A stretch of 64,000 bases of DNA from Squalus acanthias. Taxonomy: Eukaryota. Position numbers and translations under genes: made by a program. The notes under the pieces are model-generated. The model saw nothing but the letters and a program-made list of their open reading frames with translations. It had not been told where the DNA came from and ran no database searches. The stretch covers positions 94,924,001-94,988,000 of the forward strand of contig CM059432.1 in assembly GCA_030390025.1 (NCBI GenBank), given 5' to 3'. Shown here piece after piece: positions 13,040 to 26,611 of this stretch (position 1 is its first letter; every line of letters begins with the position of its first letter).

Positions 13040-14700
13040 AGTATCATAGAATCTTTACAGCACAGAAGGCGGCCATTCGGCCTGTTGAGCCCGTGCCAGC
13101 TCTCTGCAAGAGCACTTCAGCTAGTCCCACTCCCCCACCCTTTCCCCGTAGCCCTGCACATTTTTTCCCTCGGGCACTTATCCAATTCCTTTTTGAAAGC
13201 CGTGATATAGTGTGCCTCCACCACACTTTCAGGCAGTGCATTCCAGATCCTAGCCACTCTCATGTCACCTTTGGTCTTTTGCCAATCATCTTGAATCTGT
13301 GTCCTCTGGTTCTCAACCCTTCCGCCAATAGGAACAGTTTTGCTCTATCTACTGTCTAGACCCCTCATGATTTTGAATACCTCTATCAAATCTCTTCTCA
13401 ACCTTCTCTGCTCTAAGGAGAACAACCCCAGCTTCTCCAGTCTATCCACGTAACTGAAGTCCCTCATCCCTGGAATCATTCTCGTAAATCTTTAATGCAA
13501 CCTCTCTAAGGCCTTCACAACCTTCCTAAAGTGAGGTGCTCAGAATTGGACACACTATTCCAGTTGAGGCCGAACCAGTGTTTTATAAAGGTTCATCATA
13601 ACTTCCTTGCTTTTGTATTCTTTTATGCCTCTATTTATGAAGCTCAGGATCCCGTATGCTTTTTTAACCGCTTTCTCAACCTGCCCTGCCACCTTCAACG
13701 ATTTGTGCACATATACCCCCAGGTGTCTCTGTTCATTCAACCCCTTTAGGATTGTGCCTTTAGTTTATGTTGCCTTTCCTCGTTGTTCCTACCAAAATGT
13801 ATCACTTCGTACTTTTCTGCGTTAAATTTCATTTGCCATGAGTCCGCCCATTTCACCAGCCTGTCTATGTCTTCTTGAAATCTATCACTGTTCTCCTCAC
13901 TGTTCACTATACCTCCAAGTTTAGTGTCATCTGCAAATTTTGAAATTGTATCCTGTACTCCCAAGTCCAAGTCATCAATATATATCAAGAAAAGCAGTGG
14001 TCCTAATATCGACCCCTGGGGAACACCACTGTATACCTTCCCCCAGTCTGAAAAACAACCGTTCACCACTACTCTGTTTCCTGTCACTTAGCCAATTTCA
14101 TATCCATGCTGCCACTGTCCCTTTTATTCTATGGGCTTCAACTTTGCTGGTAAGCCTATTATGTGGCACTTTATCAAACGCCTTTTGGAAGTCCATGTAC
14201 ACCACGTCAACCGTATTGCCCTCATCAACCTTCTGTGCTACCTCATCAAAAAACTCGATCAAGTTAGTTAAACACGATTTACCTTTGACAAATCCGTGCT
14301 GACTTCCCTTAATTAATCCACACTTGTCCAAGTGACTGTTAATTTTGTCCCTGATTATCGTTTCCAAAAGTTTCCCCACTACCAAGGTTAAACTGACTGG
14401 CCTGTAGTTGCTGGGTTTATCCTTGCACCCTTTTTTGAACAAGGGTGTAACATTTGCAATTCTCCAGTCCACCTCCGTATCTAAGGAGGATTGGAAGATT
14501 ATGGTAAGTACCTCCGCGATTTCCTCCTTAACCTCCCTCGGCATCCTAGGCTGCATCCTATCCGGTCCTGGTGTCTTATCAACTTTACGTTCAGACAGCC
14601 TTTCTAGTACCTATCTACTTTTATCTCATCCAGTAACTCCACTACCTCCTCTTTCACTATGACTTTGGCAGCAGCTTCTTCCTTGGTAAAGACAGATGCG
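13040..14700 (-). mobile_element. CR1-type LINE RT region
   Basis: NYRPVSLT, QHGFVKGKSCLTNL, DFQKAFDKVPH, GVPQGSILGPLLF and KFADDTK in frameshifted ORFs. Confidence 0.93.
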
Positions 14701-15744
14701 AATGTCCAAGTCCAATGACCAACTTGTTACCACCACCTGATAATTCCTGCCCTCATGAGAGATTGCCTTCCACGAGGTTGACTCCTCCTTCAGGGTGCTG
14801 AGTGGCAGATTGGTACAGAGCCTTCCAGGGAACCGTTTATCGTTTTTGCTACAAATCCAGCTCACTGTTTCATTCCTGGATGTCACCCATGGGCCAAAGT
14901 GAGCCCTTGTTTTACATGCTTTCAGGTTCTGAATCATGAAGGAGGACTGTTTGGATGCATCCCCTGCACCACAAGACTAACTTACATTGGAACAAAAAAC
15001 AACAATTTGCCCTTTGCCCCTTCTCTGCAGTCCTGACTAAAGTTATTGTTCCACAGGATCGCCAGGTACCAATGTAGATCAACAATTAAGACATCCCTTA
15101 TTTCTTCTAGTCATATCTTCGAGATCCTCTCTTGAGCCATGTAGAGCCCTAGTATCCCTCTTGGGGGCACCCACCATTATATCTCAATAGTTAATCTTGG
15201 TTCCAGATGGTGACTAGAGCACACTAGATTCCCAGATGAGTCTGCAGCAATAATATCTGCAAAAAAAGTGGTGCAATTCTTTTTCAGAAATGCCCAAAAT
15301 GTGCATTCCGAGACACTCCCTTGGAATACTATCCAACATATCAGAACTTTCCTTCATTTCATTTCCCCTACAGCACTGAAAGCTGATGTTGGAAATTCAG
15401 TAATGTGGAAAACACGAGTTGCATCATAACTGCTTGGGTGACCTTCCACTGACAGACTTTTTGTATTCGGTTGGTTGGTAATGAAAGTCAAATGTAAGAT
15501 GGTAGTAATGAGACTACCTCAAGGCCAAAGAGGTGTATAACCTAAAGATTGTCACCGCCCCCCCCACCCCAAAAAAAAACAATCACTGGACGTTGACATC
15601 TTTATTGTACTACTATTAGATAAACTTATACATGTTCAAAAATCAGGTGTTTTGGAGATTGCTTATCCAAGTTATATCAACTATCTTCATTGTCACCTTT
15701 GTATGTTAATTCTAACCTAGAGCACAAATTTCATTATTTGGATT

Positions 15745-17085
15745 ATTACATAGGATATACAGCACAGAAACAGGCCATTTGACCCAACCAGCCCATGCTG
15801 GCGTTTATGCTCCACTCGAGCCTCCTCCCGTCTTTCCTCATCTAAATCTATCAGCATAAACCTCTATTCCTTTCTCCCTCATATGCTTGTCTAGCCTCCC
15901 CTTAAATGCATCTCTACTTTTCGCTTCAACCACTCCCTGTGGTAGCGAGTTCGACATTCTCACCACTCTGAGTAAAGAAGTTTCTTCTGAATGCCCTATT
16001 AGATGTCTTGGTGACTATCTTATATTGATGGACTCTAGTTATGCTCTTTCCCACAAGTGGAAACATTCTCTCTCTCCACTCTATCAAAGCCTTTCATAAT
16101 TTTAATGACCTCTATTAGGTCACCCCTCAGCCTTTTTTCAAGAGAAAAGAGACCCAGCTTGTTCATCCTTTCCTGATAGGTATACCCTCACATTTCTGGC
16201 ATCATCCTTGTAAATCTTCTCTGCAGCCTCTCCAGTGCCTCTATATCCTTTTTATAATATGGTGACCAGAACGGTACACAGTACTCCTAAGTGTGGTCTA
16301 ACCAAGGTTCGATACAGGTTTAGCATAACTTCCCTACTTTTCAATTCTAGCCCTCTAGAAATAAACCCGAGTGCTTGGTTTGCTTTTTTTATGGCCTTGC
16401 AACTTTGTGATTTGTGTATTTGTACTACGAGATCCCTTTGTTCCTCTACCCCACCTAGACTCGCACCCTCCAAGTACTAAGTGACCTCCCTATTCTTCTG
16501 ACCAAAATGTAATACCTCACATTTATCTGTGTTGAACTTCATTTGCCAATTATATGCCCATTCTGCAAGTTTATTAATGTCCTGCTATAATTTGTTGCGG
16601 TCCTCCTCAGTATTGACTATCCCCCCCAATTTGGTGTCATCCGCAAATTTAGAAATTGTGTTTTTGATTCCAAAGTCTAAATCGTTAATATAAATTGTGA
16701 ACAACAGTGGTCCCAGCACTGATCCTTGTGGAGATGCGGAGGAATTTCTTCTGAGGGTCGTAAATCTTTGGAATTCTCTACCCCAGAGATGTGGCGGCTG
16801 GGTCATTGAATATATTTAAAGTGGAGATAGACAGATTTTTGAAAGGTAAGGGAGTCGAGGGTTATGGGGAGCGGGCAGGAAAGTGAAGTTGAGGCCAAGA
16901 CCCGATCAGCCATGATCTTATCGAATGGCGGAGCAGGCTCGAGGGGCCAAATGGCCTACTCCTGCTCCTATTTCTTATGTTCTTATGGAACACCATGACC
17001 CACCTTCTGCCACTGTGAATAGCTACCTTTTACCCCTACTCTGCTTTCTGTCTTGAAGCCAGCTAGCTATCCATTCTGCTACTTA
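15745..17085 (-). mobile_element. CR1-type LINE with a nested + strand CR1 3' end (about 16731-16987)
   Basis: PQGSVLGPLLFTIYINDLD..KFADDTK on the minus strand, interrupted within the GVPQG codons by an oppositely oriented 3' tail. Confidence 0.85.
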
Positions 17086-17660
17086 CGTGGAATTATATTT
17101 CTGCCTCTGTAGAACCAAGACCTTTTTTTGCATTTTGGGGCTCCGATTTTTTTTTTTGCTGAGTTTCCCTGCCATTAACTAGGCTTAACAATGGCTTATT
17201 TGCTAGTCAGTAGGCGTTGACCAGGAGTCAAGGATCAGTCGGCTCAATTTCCTTTTTGGTAAATTTTGCTAATTGTGCATGGCAGCTGTCAGGAGATTCC
17301 GTGCATGCTGTGTAACTAAAGCCGAAACTAGAATAAGTACCTTCAGTGTTTTCAGTTGTGCTAGTATACTTTTAAATGTCCTGGAGTATCTAGGAGACTT
17401 GAGTGTTAATTCATCATCTGCCACCACAAGTGAAATACTGGTGTGTATTTCATTAAAGCAGCTGTGACAACCATGTACGTTACTCCAATGATTGACAAAT
17501 AGGTGGTGTGCACCTCCAAGGTCAGACTGATCCTGACCATTTTTGCCTCTTAAATAGAGATTTCTGTTGTTGCAAAGACCTCCATCTAGTGGATTATCGG
17601 AGAACTAACAGAGTTTGAAATATTTTTATTCAAATACAATAATACCTGTACAACTCATCA

Positions 17661-17699
17661 ATTACATAGTAAATCCATTACATAGTAAATCCATTACAT
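17661..17699. repeat. 16-bp tandem repeat (2.4 copies)
   Basis: ATTACATAGTAAATCC x2 plus ATTACAT. Confidence 0.85.
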
Positions 17700-18619
17700 T
17701 CATCCATCACAGTAAAAAAAATAAAGCCTTAAAAACAGCCTTATAATTAATATAAATGCAATGATTACTTTTACAAATAATCAATAATGTTTACAGTACA
17801 AATACCCTTAAGCAATTCCACACAACTTTTTAGATTTAAAATAATAAATCTCAAAGTTAACTCCACATAAAACAAACCATTTCAACACCAGTGTACAAAC
17901 ACATAGCACCATCATAATCCAATTAAATGCTACAGATAACATTTATTCCAATAAACCAAGAAAACCTGTTTTACGCCAGTCCTACTGGCCTAACTGAGTT
18001 TGAATGTCAGGTGGAAATCAAACTCGGCCATCTGAACATTTAGTGCTGGGTTGCCAAACAGGTAAAGCCTTTTATGCAAAGCAATTCTTCACACTACAGT
18101 CACAACAGTGCAGAACCATTTTAACTTGTAAGACTACTAAGCTGAAAATTTGGTGGTGTGATTTGCAAGAGTTAAATGCACAAGCTACCTTTTATTGAAA
18201 CTGGAAAGAAGGTTTAATTGTATTGTAATATTTAGTTTCTTTTGTATAAGTTTTGTACGAGCCATGAACAACATGGTATTTTATGAAGCGATTGAGTAGT
18301 GATGTGTTATGGAGCTTAGATATGCTGAGTGTCTGACCTCTTCACAATATTTGTGAAGGGCTTATGTTTTGCTACAAAAACATTTTAGAATGCTGCAGAC
18401 TATATTTTTGACTCCAAAGTTTGCTGTTTTATCATTTTCATCAGCAATCCTAAATTCTATTGCCCAAATGCAGTTTTAAATAAAGAAAAAACACCAAAAA
18501 AAACTAAGATAAAATTTCTCCCAAAGCTATTTTGAAAGATTAGGGTAGATTATATTGTACAGTAGCTCAGACATTGTTTACATCTGTGAAGCTTACTGTG
18601 TTAAAGCAGCAGTCACTAA

Positions 18620-19260
18620 CACGGTGAATAAGGGCGTGTCTATGGATGTTGTCTATATGGATCTCCAGAAGGCATTTGAGAAGGTTCCGCACAGGAGATT
18701 ATTCGTTTAAAAAAAAAAGAGTGCACAGAACTGGAGGTAACCTTGTGATGTGGGTTGGTAATTGGTTTAAGTGCCGTGGGACATTTTTACTACGTTAAAG
18801 CCTCTATATAAATGCAAGTTGTTGGTTGGGAGGTAGGAGACACAATAAGGATAATAGGAACATTCTCTGATGACAGGATGTGATAAGTGGTGTTTCCCAG
18901 GGATCTGTACTGGGGTCTCAACTTTTCACCATATAGATTAATGACTTGGATGAAGGAATAGGGAGTTGTATATCCAAGTTTGCAGATGACACTAAGTTAG
19001 GAGGCACAGTAAGTTGTGCAGATGGGAGGAGGAAGTTACAAAAGGACATGACAGACTGAGTGAGTGGACAAAACTGTGGCAGATGGAGTTCAATATGGGA
19101 AGTGTGAGGTCATCCACTTTGAATCCGAGAAAGACAAATTGGAATATTTTCTTAATGGTGAGAGACTAGGAGCTGTGAAGGAGCAAAGGGGTTTAGGATC
19201 CACGTGCACAAATCACGAAAAGCTAGTGTGCAGGTACATGAAGTAATCAAGAAGGCTACA
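18620..19260 (+). mobile_element. CR1-type LINE RT fragment with a small L2 tail inserted (about 18770-18825)
   Basis: DLQKAF, QGSVLG, KFADDTK and KCEVIHF motifs. Confidence 0.82.
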
Positions 19261-20199
19261 CAACACCAAGCATTGCAGGTTTCTCCTTCTCCTCCTGCAT
19301 TACTTTTTTTCATCTTCAAATGTTCTTCCCTCATCCCTCCTCTCATTAAGGTGGTCAATCATGTTCATGCACAGTTCTATTGGTGTCAGCAGTCTTCTAG
19401 TATCTCACCATTCTTAGTCTGAATCATAGTGGCGGAAGTATTTTTGTTTAGAATCAAAGCTGCACTTACCCCTCTAAGAAAACACAGTTTTGTACCTGCT
19501 GTGCGCTTGACTGTTGAATACAAATGTACTCAGATCTCTTTGCTTGTTCTGGTGTTATTTTGATAGTTGTGTTGATGATGCTGTTCTCAGATTATTTAGC
19601 GTAGGTCATTAAAGTGTCTCTATTTCTCTGACATTGAAATGACCTTCGCTTCTATGAATTGGCCTCTGTTTCTTGTACCCAGATCCCTAGCTGACTCAGC
19701 AGACAGCTGATTCCTATTTTAATGTGTGACAATGAGTCCTGCACTTGTCTGTGACACTTGTGTGGCTCACATGGGATGTGCTGAAGGTTCATGGTCTTTT
19801 CAGTGTCAAATTATTTCCTCCTGTTCTGAAATGTCTTTATAACTAACATGGATGTTTGCATTATCACTTTTTAATTTAAGTACTCAAATTGTACCACTTT
19901 GGTTTATGCTACACTTATAATATTTCAGGAAGAAAGCAGCAGTGACTGTGCTAATGTTGAAAATATTCTTGCTCAGTTGTTAGATGTAACCATACAATAC
20001 TTCGCTGTATGAAGTTTTAAGTACTTTAGTGCAGGGGTTCTCAACCTTTTTGCTTCCGAGACCCGCCCCCTCTTGTTTTAAAAATTCCGTGGACCCTCAA
20101 AACACACAAGTATTTTTTCTGTATAAAAATTAGATATTAGTTACTAATTGCTCTATTACATTTTACGTAAAGAAGCATTTTATTGTCCTAAATTTACAT

Positions 20200-20405
20200 A
20201 AGCAAAATACTGCAGATGCTGGAAATCTGAAATAAAAACAGAAAATGCTGGAAATACTCAGCAGGTCAGGCAGCATCTGTGGAGAGAGAAAGAGTGTTAA
20301 CATTTCAGTTCTGACGAAAGGTCATCGACCTGAAACGTTAACTCTGTTTCTCTTTCCACAGATGCTGCCTGACCTGCTGAGTATTTCCACCATTTTCTGT
20401 TTTTA
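20200..20405. mobile_element. Penelope inverted pseudo-LTR insertion nested in the hAT element
   Basis: Arms at about 20231-20308 and 20330-20406 are inverted and match the 3' end of the Penelope copies at 32.8 and 56.4 kb. 14-bp TSD TCCTAAATTTACAT at 20186-20199 and 20406-20419. Confidence 0.88.
20307..20343 (+). ncRNA. Minimal type I hammerhead ribozyme motif (variant A)
   Basis: AGTT-CTGACGA-A-AGGTC-atc-GACCT-GAAA-CG-TT-AACT, with all three stems intact. Confidence 0.7.
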
Positions 20406-21784
20406 TCCTAAATTTACATTTATGTGCCCATTTGCTGCCCAAGGTCTGCTCCACCCCATCAACTATTTGCTTAACAGGAAATGAACCAGGAGCAACCAGC
20501 ACAATGCTCACTACAGGCTCGATTTTCACGCACTCGGTTGGACTGGACTAAAATTCCATGTCCTCTCTTTCGGAAACAGAACATCCCTCATACTTCGACA
20601 CCAAAGCCCAACCAACACTGCGGTGAAAGTCAGCGACTTGAATTAACAGCACCAGTAATGGCGGAGGCCAATGGCACCTGAGAGAAATAAACAGGGCCCT
20701 GAGCGACTTTACTCACCCAACCTCATCGCCATAAATCCTTTAGTGACAAAGGCAGCCTCTTTCCTCCTCCCCAACCCTTTCACAAATAGCTGACGGTATT
20801 TCAAAGGACACGAGCGCCCAGACTAGGCCCATCTGTCTGTCAGAGAAGCATGTGGCCATGAATATAAAGTTCAGAGTCTGAGGTACAAGGAAAATCGTGA
20901 TGACACCTTCAGCTATTTTATTAACTCAGGCTGAAGACATTGAAGGAGAGTCAGTCTCCGCGGATCCCGATTATTATGGCCTTGCTGCAGGCCCAGTGAC
21001 TGGAAAGTCTCTTAACCTTTCGCTCCCCTCCCCCCCCCCCCCCCCCCCCCCCCCTGCCAAGACCATGTGGCCTGCGTGCACTCTCTCCATTGACGGCGCT
21101 CTTTTCAAACATGCGAGCGGCTTCTAACTGACACAGGCGGCTTCACATGAGGGGAAAGAAAAGGGTTGAAAGGAAGGTTCACATTACCTCTGCATATACA
21201 ACCTAACTCACTGATTTACCTCCCCCAACTCCGGTTTTAATCTCCTGGAAGAGAACTTATAACTTCCACTATTTTATTTACTTGTTAAAAGCGGCAAGTG
21301 GTTTATGAACTTAGAAGCGATTAGGGCTGGATCAAAAAAAAACCTTACCGAGATAAATACTGCTGTAAAAGTCAGTGACACGTAAAGTAACTTGCCTCAG
21401 CATTCAAATGGTGTCCCAACAGTAAGAACCTGAATTGACTGCGCATGCATAGTCTTTGTATAGCTGAGACTATTCCATTCGTCTCAATATACAGGGGAGA
21501 CTATCAGTAGTCTCCCCTGTATATTGATGGGACAAACCAACTGGCGGACCCCCTGAACTCTTCTTGCGGACCCCAAGGGTGCTGTGGATCCCCAGTTGAG
21601 AACCCCTGCTTTATTGTACTCTGAAAAGTACTGCAATTATGTTTCTCAGTCAAGATTTCTATAAAAGAGCCAATTTTACTCCTTGCTAATCTTCAATCTA
21701 TTCACATTGAAACAATTGTTTTATTCAAGCAAGTAACTGATAATGATCCTCGCATATGTTTTTTCTGATGCTGTTTCCAGTGAT

Positions 21785-22075
21785 TGAAGGGTTTAGAAAA
21801 AAAGGACATGTATATAAGATGAAATGTAAAAGATTTAGGATAGAGAGGAGGAGAAATGTGTTTTACACACAGGGTTGTAAGGCTGTGGAATTTGCTACCA
21901 GAGTTGGTGATTGAAACAGGGACTATATCAGCATTTAAGAATCGGTTAGATGGGTGGGTGAAGGAAAGGAAATAAAGGGTTATTTGAACAGAGCAAGAAC
22001 GTTGGATTAGGATTGCTGCACATGTGGAGGGCCAATGTGGACTGATTGGGCTGAGTGGTCTGTTTCCGTGTTATT
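21785..22075 (+). mobile_element. Old CR1-type LINE 3' end
   Basis: ttttacacacagggttgtaaggctgtggaatttgctacca encodes an FTxRVV..WN.LP-like motif. Confidence 0.65.
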
Positions 22076-24109
22076 TCTAAGTAATGTTATTTTTGCAAAA
22101 ATCTTCAAATATTAAATTAATACAGAATCTTCAACTATTAAAATAATACAGAATACTCCCTGTGTAATTTGAGTTTTCAACTGATTTGAGGAACATTGGT
22201 TTCCTTTTGCTCAGAATAGGACTCCTGACTAAGTTTGACAGCTTTTTTTTGATCAGATTCTTACTGGTTTGTTTTTAATTGGTTAGTTTTGTGGGAAAGG
22301 AGTAAGACAAAGATTTTGGTTAAATTTATTATTTTTCTAAGGATTCCATTCTTGCCACTTTTATTAACAAATCTTATTTTAAATTGGTTTCCATGTTTCA
22401 AATTTATAAAGAAAATTGTATTCCCATTGTAAATCGACACAAGCATGTATCAGATATGCATGTGCATAACTCTGCTAAGGGCAAGTAAATATTAAATGCT
22501 ATCAAAAGTGTCTGCACTCTAAAACATTAAGCTCCAGATAAGTTTATAAAATGTGCAAGAGATCCCTGAGCACTTTTTAAACTTGATTTAACATGGCACT
22601 AGTGTTATACTCCATGCAGTGTGAGATGGCTTCCTCTGGTGTTCCACAACTCTATTTGAGTCTAGTTGGGATCCAACTAGAGCTATACCCTCACTTTTTA
22701 CATCACTGTGATACAGAAGTGGCAGTATAAACTGCATCTATTTGATGTAATGCTATCATTGAGAATTAAAAAGATGAGGTGAAAGCCCATTAAGATGCCT
22801 GGAGAATCAAACTGTTTGGATAATAGACACTTGGATTAATAGGTGTTATTTGGCAGCGTTCTTAAACAAATTATTATTGAAAAATAATGTGAGCAGCGTT
22901 TTAAATTTCTTTGGATGGTTGAAAATTCAGTGAAAAACAAAAAAAACTTACTACAACTAGTCAATCCATACAGTTTCTGGGGACTTTAAAATAACACATG
23001 GAGTGCTAAGATAGGTGTACTCCGAGTTTAGGTAACAGCAGGAGGAGGAGGGGTAATTCAGCATTTCATTCAGCACTGTTAAGAATTGAATGTGAGCTGA
23101 AAAATTTTGAGCAATTTATCTAAAAATGCCAACACACAACATTTCAGCCAATGCATACAATAATTAAACAGTGGCTTATATTTAATCATGTCTTGTTGCT
23201 GGCCTTCTGTTTTCATTTGCAGAGGTGTATTAGTACAGAATGATGCAATGTAATGTTCATTTATACTGTGGTGTACAACAGTATCTATATTGTATGCAAA
23301 TTATTTTATTATGATTCCCAGTGAGAATTATATCTAGAGTAACCATTTTTTCTTCTGGTTCCTTCTTGGATCTGGGTAGCTCAGCACACTTCATGGTGTG
23401 GTGTTTATCCATTGACCAATCACTGTTATTGAGAAAAGGAAGCTACATTATTCAGTAATTACCGCAGACCCTGAACCTTGTTAATGGATTGTGCTGCTTC
23501 AGGACCAGGATATGTTTTTCTTTGGTATGCGAGATGCCTGACATGCACGGAAATCTATCACCATGTTCAGGAGTTTCCAAACCAACTTGCATAAGTAGTT
23601 TCTGTTTGCCTGATTTGGAGAGCGCATTCTTTTTTCAATCTTCCCCACCCCCCATAGATGTAAATTCATCTAACCTTGTAGAATTTAGATGCAGATTGGC
23701 AAAAGCCCTTTCCTAAAGAGTATGTTGGTTTATTGCTAGAATTTTACTGGCTAAAACCATGCAGCTTACCTTGCTGTACAACAGCAGCGATATCCAGCCA
23801 TTGGAGGCAGTGCAGAAAAGGGCAACAAAACGGATAGCTGTCTTAAGGCATCTGAGCTATAAAGAGAGGTTAAAGAGTTTGGGATTGCTTACCCTGGAGA
23901 AGAGGACCAATATTATTCAAAAACCTGAAGGGAATACATAAATTGAATCCCAGTATTGTATTTGAGATTAGAATCATGGAATTTTACGGCATAGAAGGAG
24001 ACGATTCAGCCAATCGTTCCTGCGCTGGCTCTCTGAAAGATCTACTTAAACCACACAACTTTGTGATACTCCAGATCGTTGTTGATAATTGATCAGCTAG
24101 TCTGCCTAA

Positions 24110-24930
24110 TTACACAGAAACCAGCCATTCAGCCCGACTCATCTGTGCTGGTGTTTATACTCCACATGAGTCTCCTTCCATTCTATCTACCTCATCTCAG
24201 CCTTTCAGCATATCTTCCTATTCCTTTTTTTCTCATGTACTCATCTAGTTTCCTTTTGAAAGCATATAAGCTATTTGCCTCAATCACTTCCTGTGGTAGC
24301 GAGTTCCACATTCTAACTACTCTCTAAGTAATGAAATTTCTCCTTATTTCCCTATTGGATTTATGAGTAACTATCTTGTATTTATGGCCCCTAGTTTTGG
24401 ATTCTCCCACAAGTGGAAACATTCTCTCCACCTCTACCCTGTCCAACCAATTCATAATTTTAAAGACCTCCATCTGGCCACCTCAAAGTCTTCACTTTTC
24501 TAAAGAAAAAAGCGCCAACCTGTTTAATCTTTCCCAATAGCTGTAATCTCTGAGTTCTAGTACCGTCCTTGTAAATCTTTTTTTACACTTTCTCCAGTGC
24601 TTCTATGTCCTATTTATAGTATGGAGACCAGAATTGTGCACAGTACTAAATGTGGCCTGACCAGGGTCCTACACAAGTTTAACATAACTTAGAATCATAG
24701 ATTTCATTACTTTTGAATTCTATACCTCTAGAAATGAATCCCAGTGCTTTGTTTGCATTTTTAATTGCTTTGCTGACCTGTGATGCTGCTGTTAATTTGT
24801 TCATCTGTATCCATAGATCCCTTTGCTCTTCTACCCCATTCAGTTCCTTATTTTCTAAGGTGTAGGTGATGTTTCTGTTTTTCCTACCAAAGTACATCAC
24901 CTCACATTTATCTGTTAAAGTTCATTTGCA
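24110..24930 (-). mobile_element. CR1-type LINE 3' portion
   Basis: YFGRKN..EQRDL..ANKALGFISRGIEFKS. Confidence 0.85.
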
Positions 24931-25049
24931 GAATTCTCATGGCACTACCAATCATCTCCTTTGGTGTCTCAAAAGTATAACTAGCTGATCAGTAATGGTT
25001 TAGCACTGAACTTGTGCTTATTAGGAAACTGCACAAAATTTCACTTTTT

Positions 25050-25395
25050 AATCATTCCCTGGATGTGGGCATCTCTGGCATGGTCAACATTTATTGCCTA
25101 CCCCTAGTTGCCCTTGAGAAGGTGGTGTTAAGCCATCTTTTTGAACTGCAGTCTGTGTGGTGAAGGTACGCCCACAATGCTGTTAGGTAGGGAGTTCCAG
25201 GATTTTGACCTAGTGACAATGAAGGAATGGTGATATATGGCCACGTCAGGATGGTGTGTGACTTGGAGGTGATGGTGTTTGCATGCACCTGCTTCCCTTG
25301 TCCTTTTAGGTGGTGGAGTCGCGGGTTTGGGAGGTGCTGCCAAAGACTTAATGAGTTGCTGCATCCTCTAGATAGTACGCAGTGCAGCCACGGTG
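25050..25395 (-). mobile_element. Second LINE family 3' end
   Basis: Homologous to 2300-2660 (SFIVTRSKSWNSLPNSIVGVP). Confidence 0.82.
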
Positions 25396-26611
25396 CCAAT
25401 CAAGCGGACTACTTTGTCCTGATACAATCCCAACCGCCTATAGCGGGCTTTGTGTGCGAACGTGATTTGCCCGCTATGTACATGGGCGGTATAACTTGGT
25501 AGTGTTAATGAAATTAAAAATCGCACTGTTCGAAAGTAATTTTGTTGTGTGTGAAGTGTCTTGACTTTTTGACCTGAAGGGCTGCTATGTCGATGCAGTT
25601 TCTTTTAAGTCATTAATTAAATGTGTGTGCAATATGCCTTATTCTTTAAGTTTTAAGATTTTGTAGATGTTGCTATTCCTGTCAAAGTTTCTGTTTGGAT
25701 GATTGTTTGAAAGAAAAGGCGTGAGTATATTTTTGTCTCTGGTGTAAATAAAATTACAACTGCTGTATTCTGCTGTATTATCCCCGCAATATCAGCGCGT
25801 CTGATTTTTCTTTCACTAGCTTGTGGAAGGCTGCTGGAGTAATTTGAATTTGAATATTTTTTAAATGATCTCGATATAATTCATGAGAAAAATCTGGAGG
25901 CAGCGTTCAGATATACTAAACCTGCATTTTAAATTTTAGAAGAAATGGAAGCTTAAGGGTAGTGAAGTCTGCCTCAATAAGGATCTTTTATTACATTCAG
26001 TGCACCTTAACAAGGTGCGAACTAGTGAGTAAGCACAGCTGTTTATGCCAGAAATAAACTGAAAAACACGAACTGGCTACTTTGAAGTTAGCGTTAATGC
26101 AAACAGTTAATGGTTATCTCTTTTTCGGCGATGTAAGCGACTGCCTGTTTTAAACGTCACTGTGATTATTTACACAGGGTCTTCTGCGCACTGTATGTGG
26201 GCTGGGTCTAAACACTGTCCTGCCCCCACCGGAACTGTGGATGCGCATCAGATGTTGCGGCTGCACATGCGCACTGGAGGTTCCAAACGCTCATGCGCCT
26301 AGCCACAGGCCTGCGGCCTCAACCGCCCTTTCCTCGGCTTCCTGTGGAAAAAGAAGTCGGGGATCCAGGAAGGTGGGGGGGGAGGAGTGAAAGTCAGGCG
26401 CTCGGGGAGAGTGGGGGGGCGGGGGGAGAAGGAGGTCAGGAACTTGGATGTGGGGTGGAAGTGGTAGAGCACGGAGAGAACAATGGGGGATGGGGGAAGA
26501 ACATGATCCGGGTCTAAAGGCGGGTGGGGGAAATGAGAGCGCGAACGTGATCTAGATGTTCTTCCCACCTCCCCCCCCACCAGCCTTTAGATGTGGATCA
26601 CAATCTTGCAA

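Larger units (their letters stand above)
20032..21608. mobile_element. Non-autonomous hAT DNA transposon, 1577 bp
   Basis: 14-bp perfect TIRs CAGGGGTTCTCAAC / GTTGAGAACCCCTG. 8-bp TSD CTTTAGTG (20024-20031) / CTTTATTG (21609-21616). GGACCCC-like subterminal repeats. No transposase ORF recognised. Confidence 0.88.

Noticed and set aside
24610..24619. Perfect MEF2-type site CTATTTATAG
   Set aside because: It lies inside a CR1 fragment, and a single 10-mer in AT-rich DNA is expected by chance.
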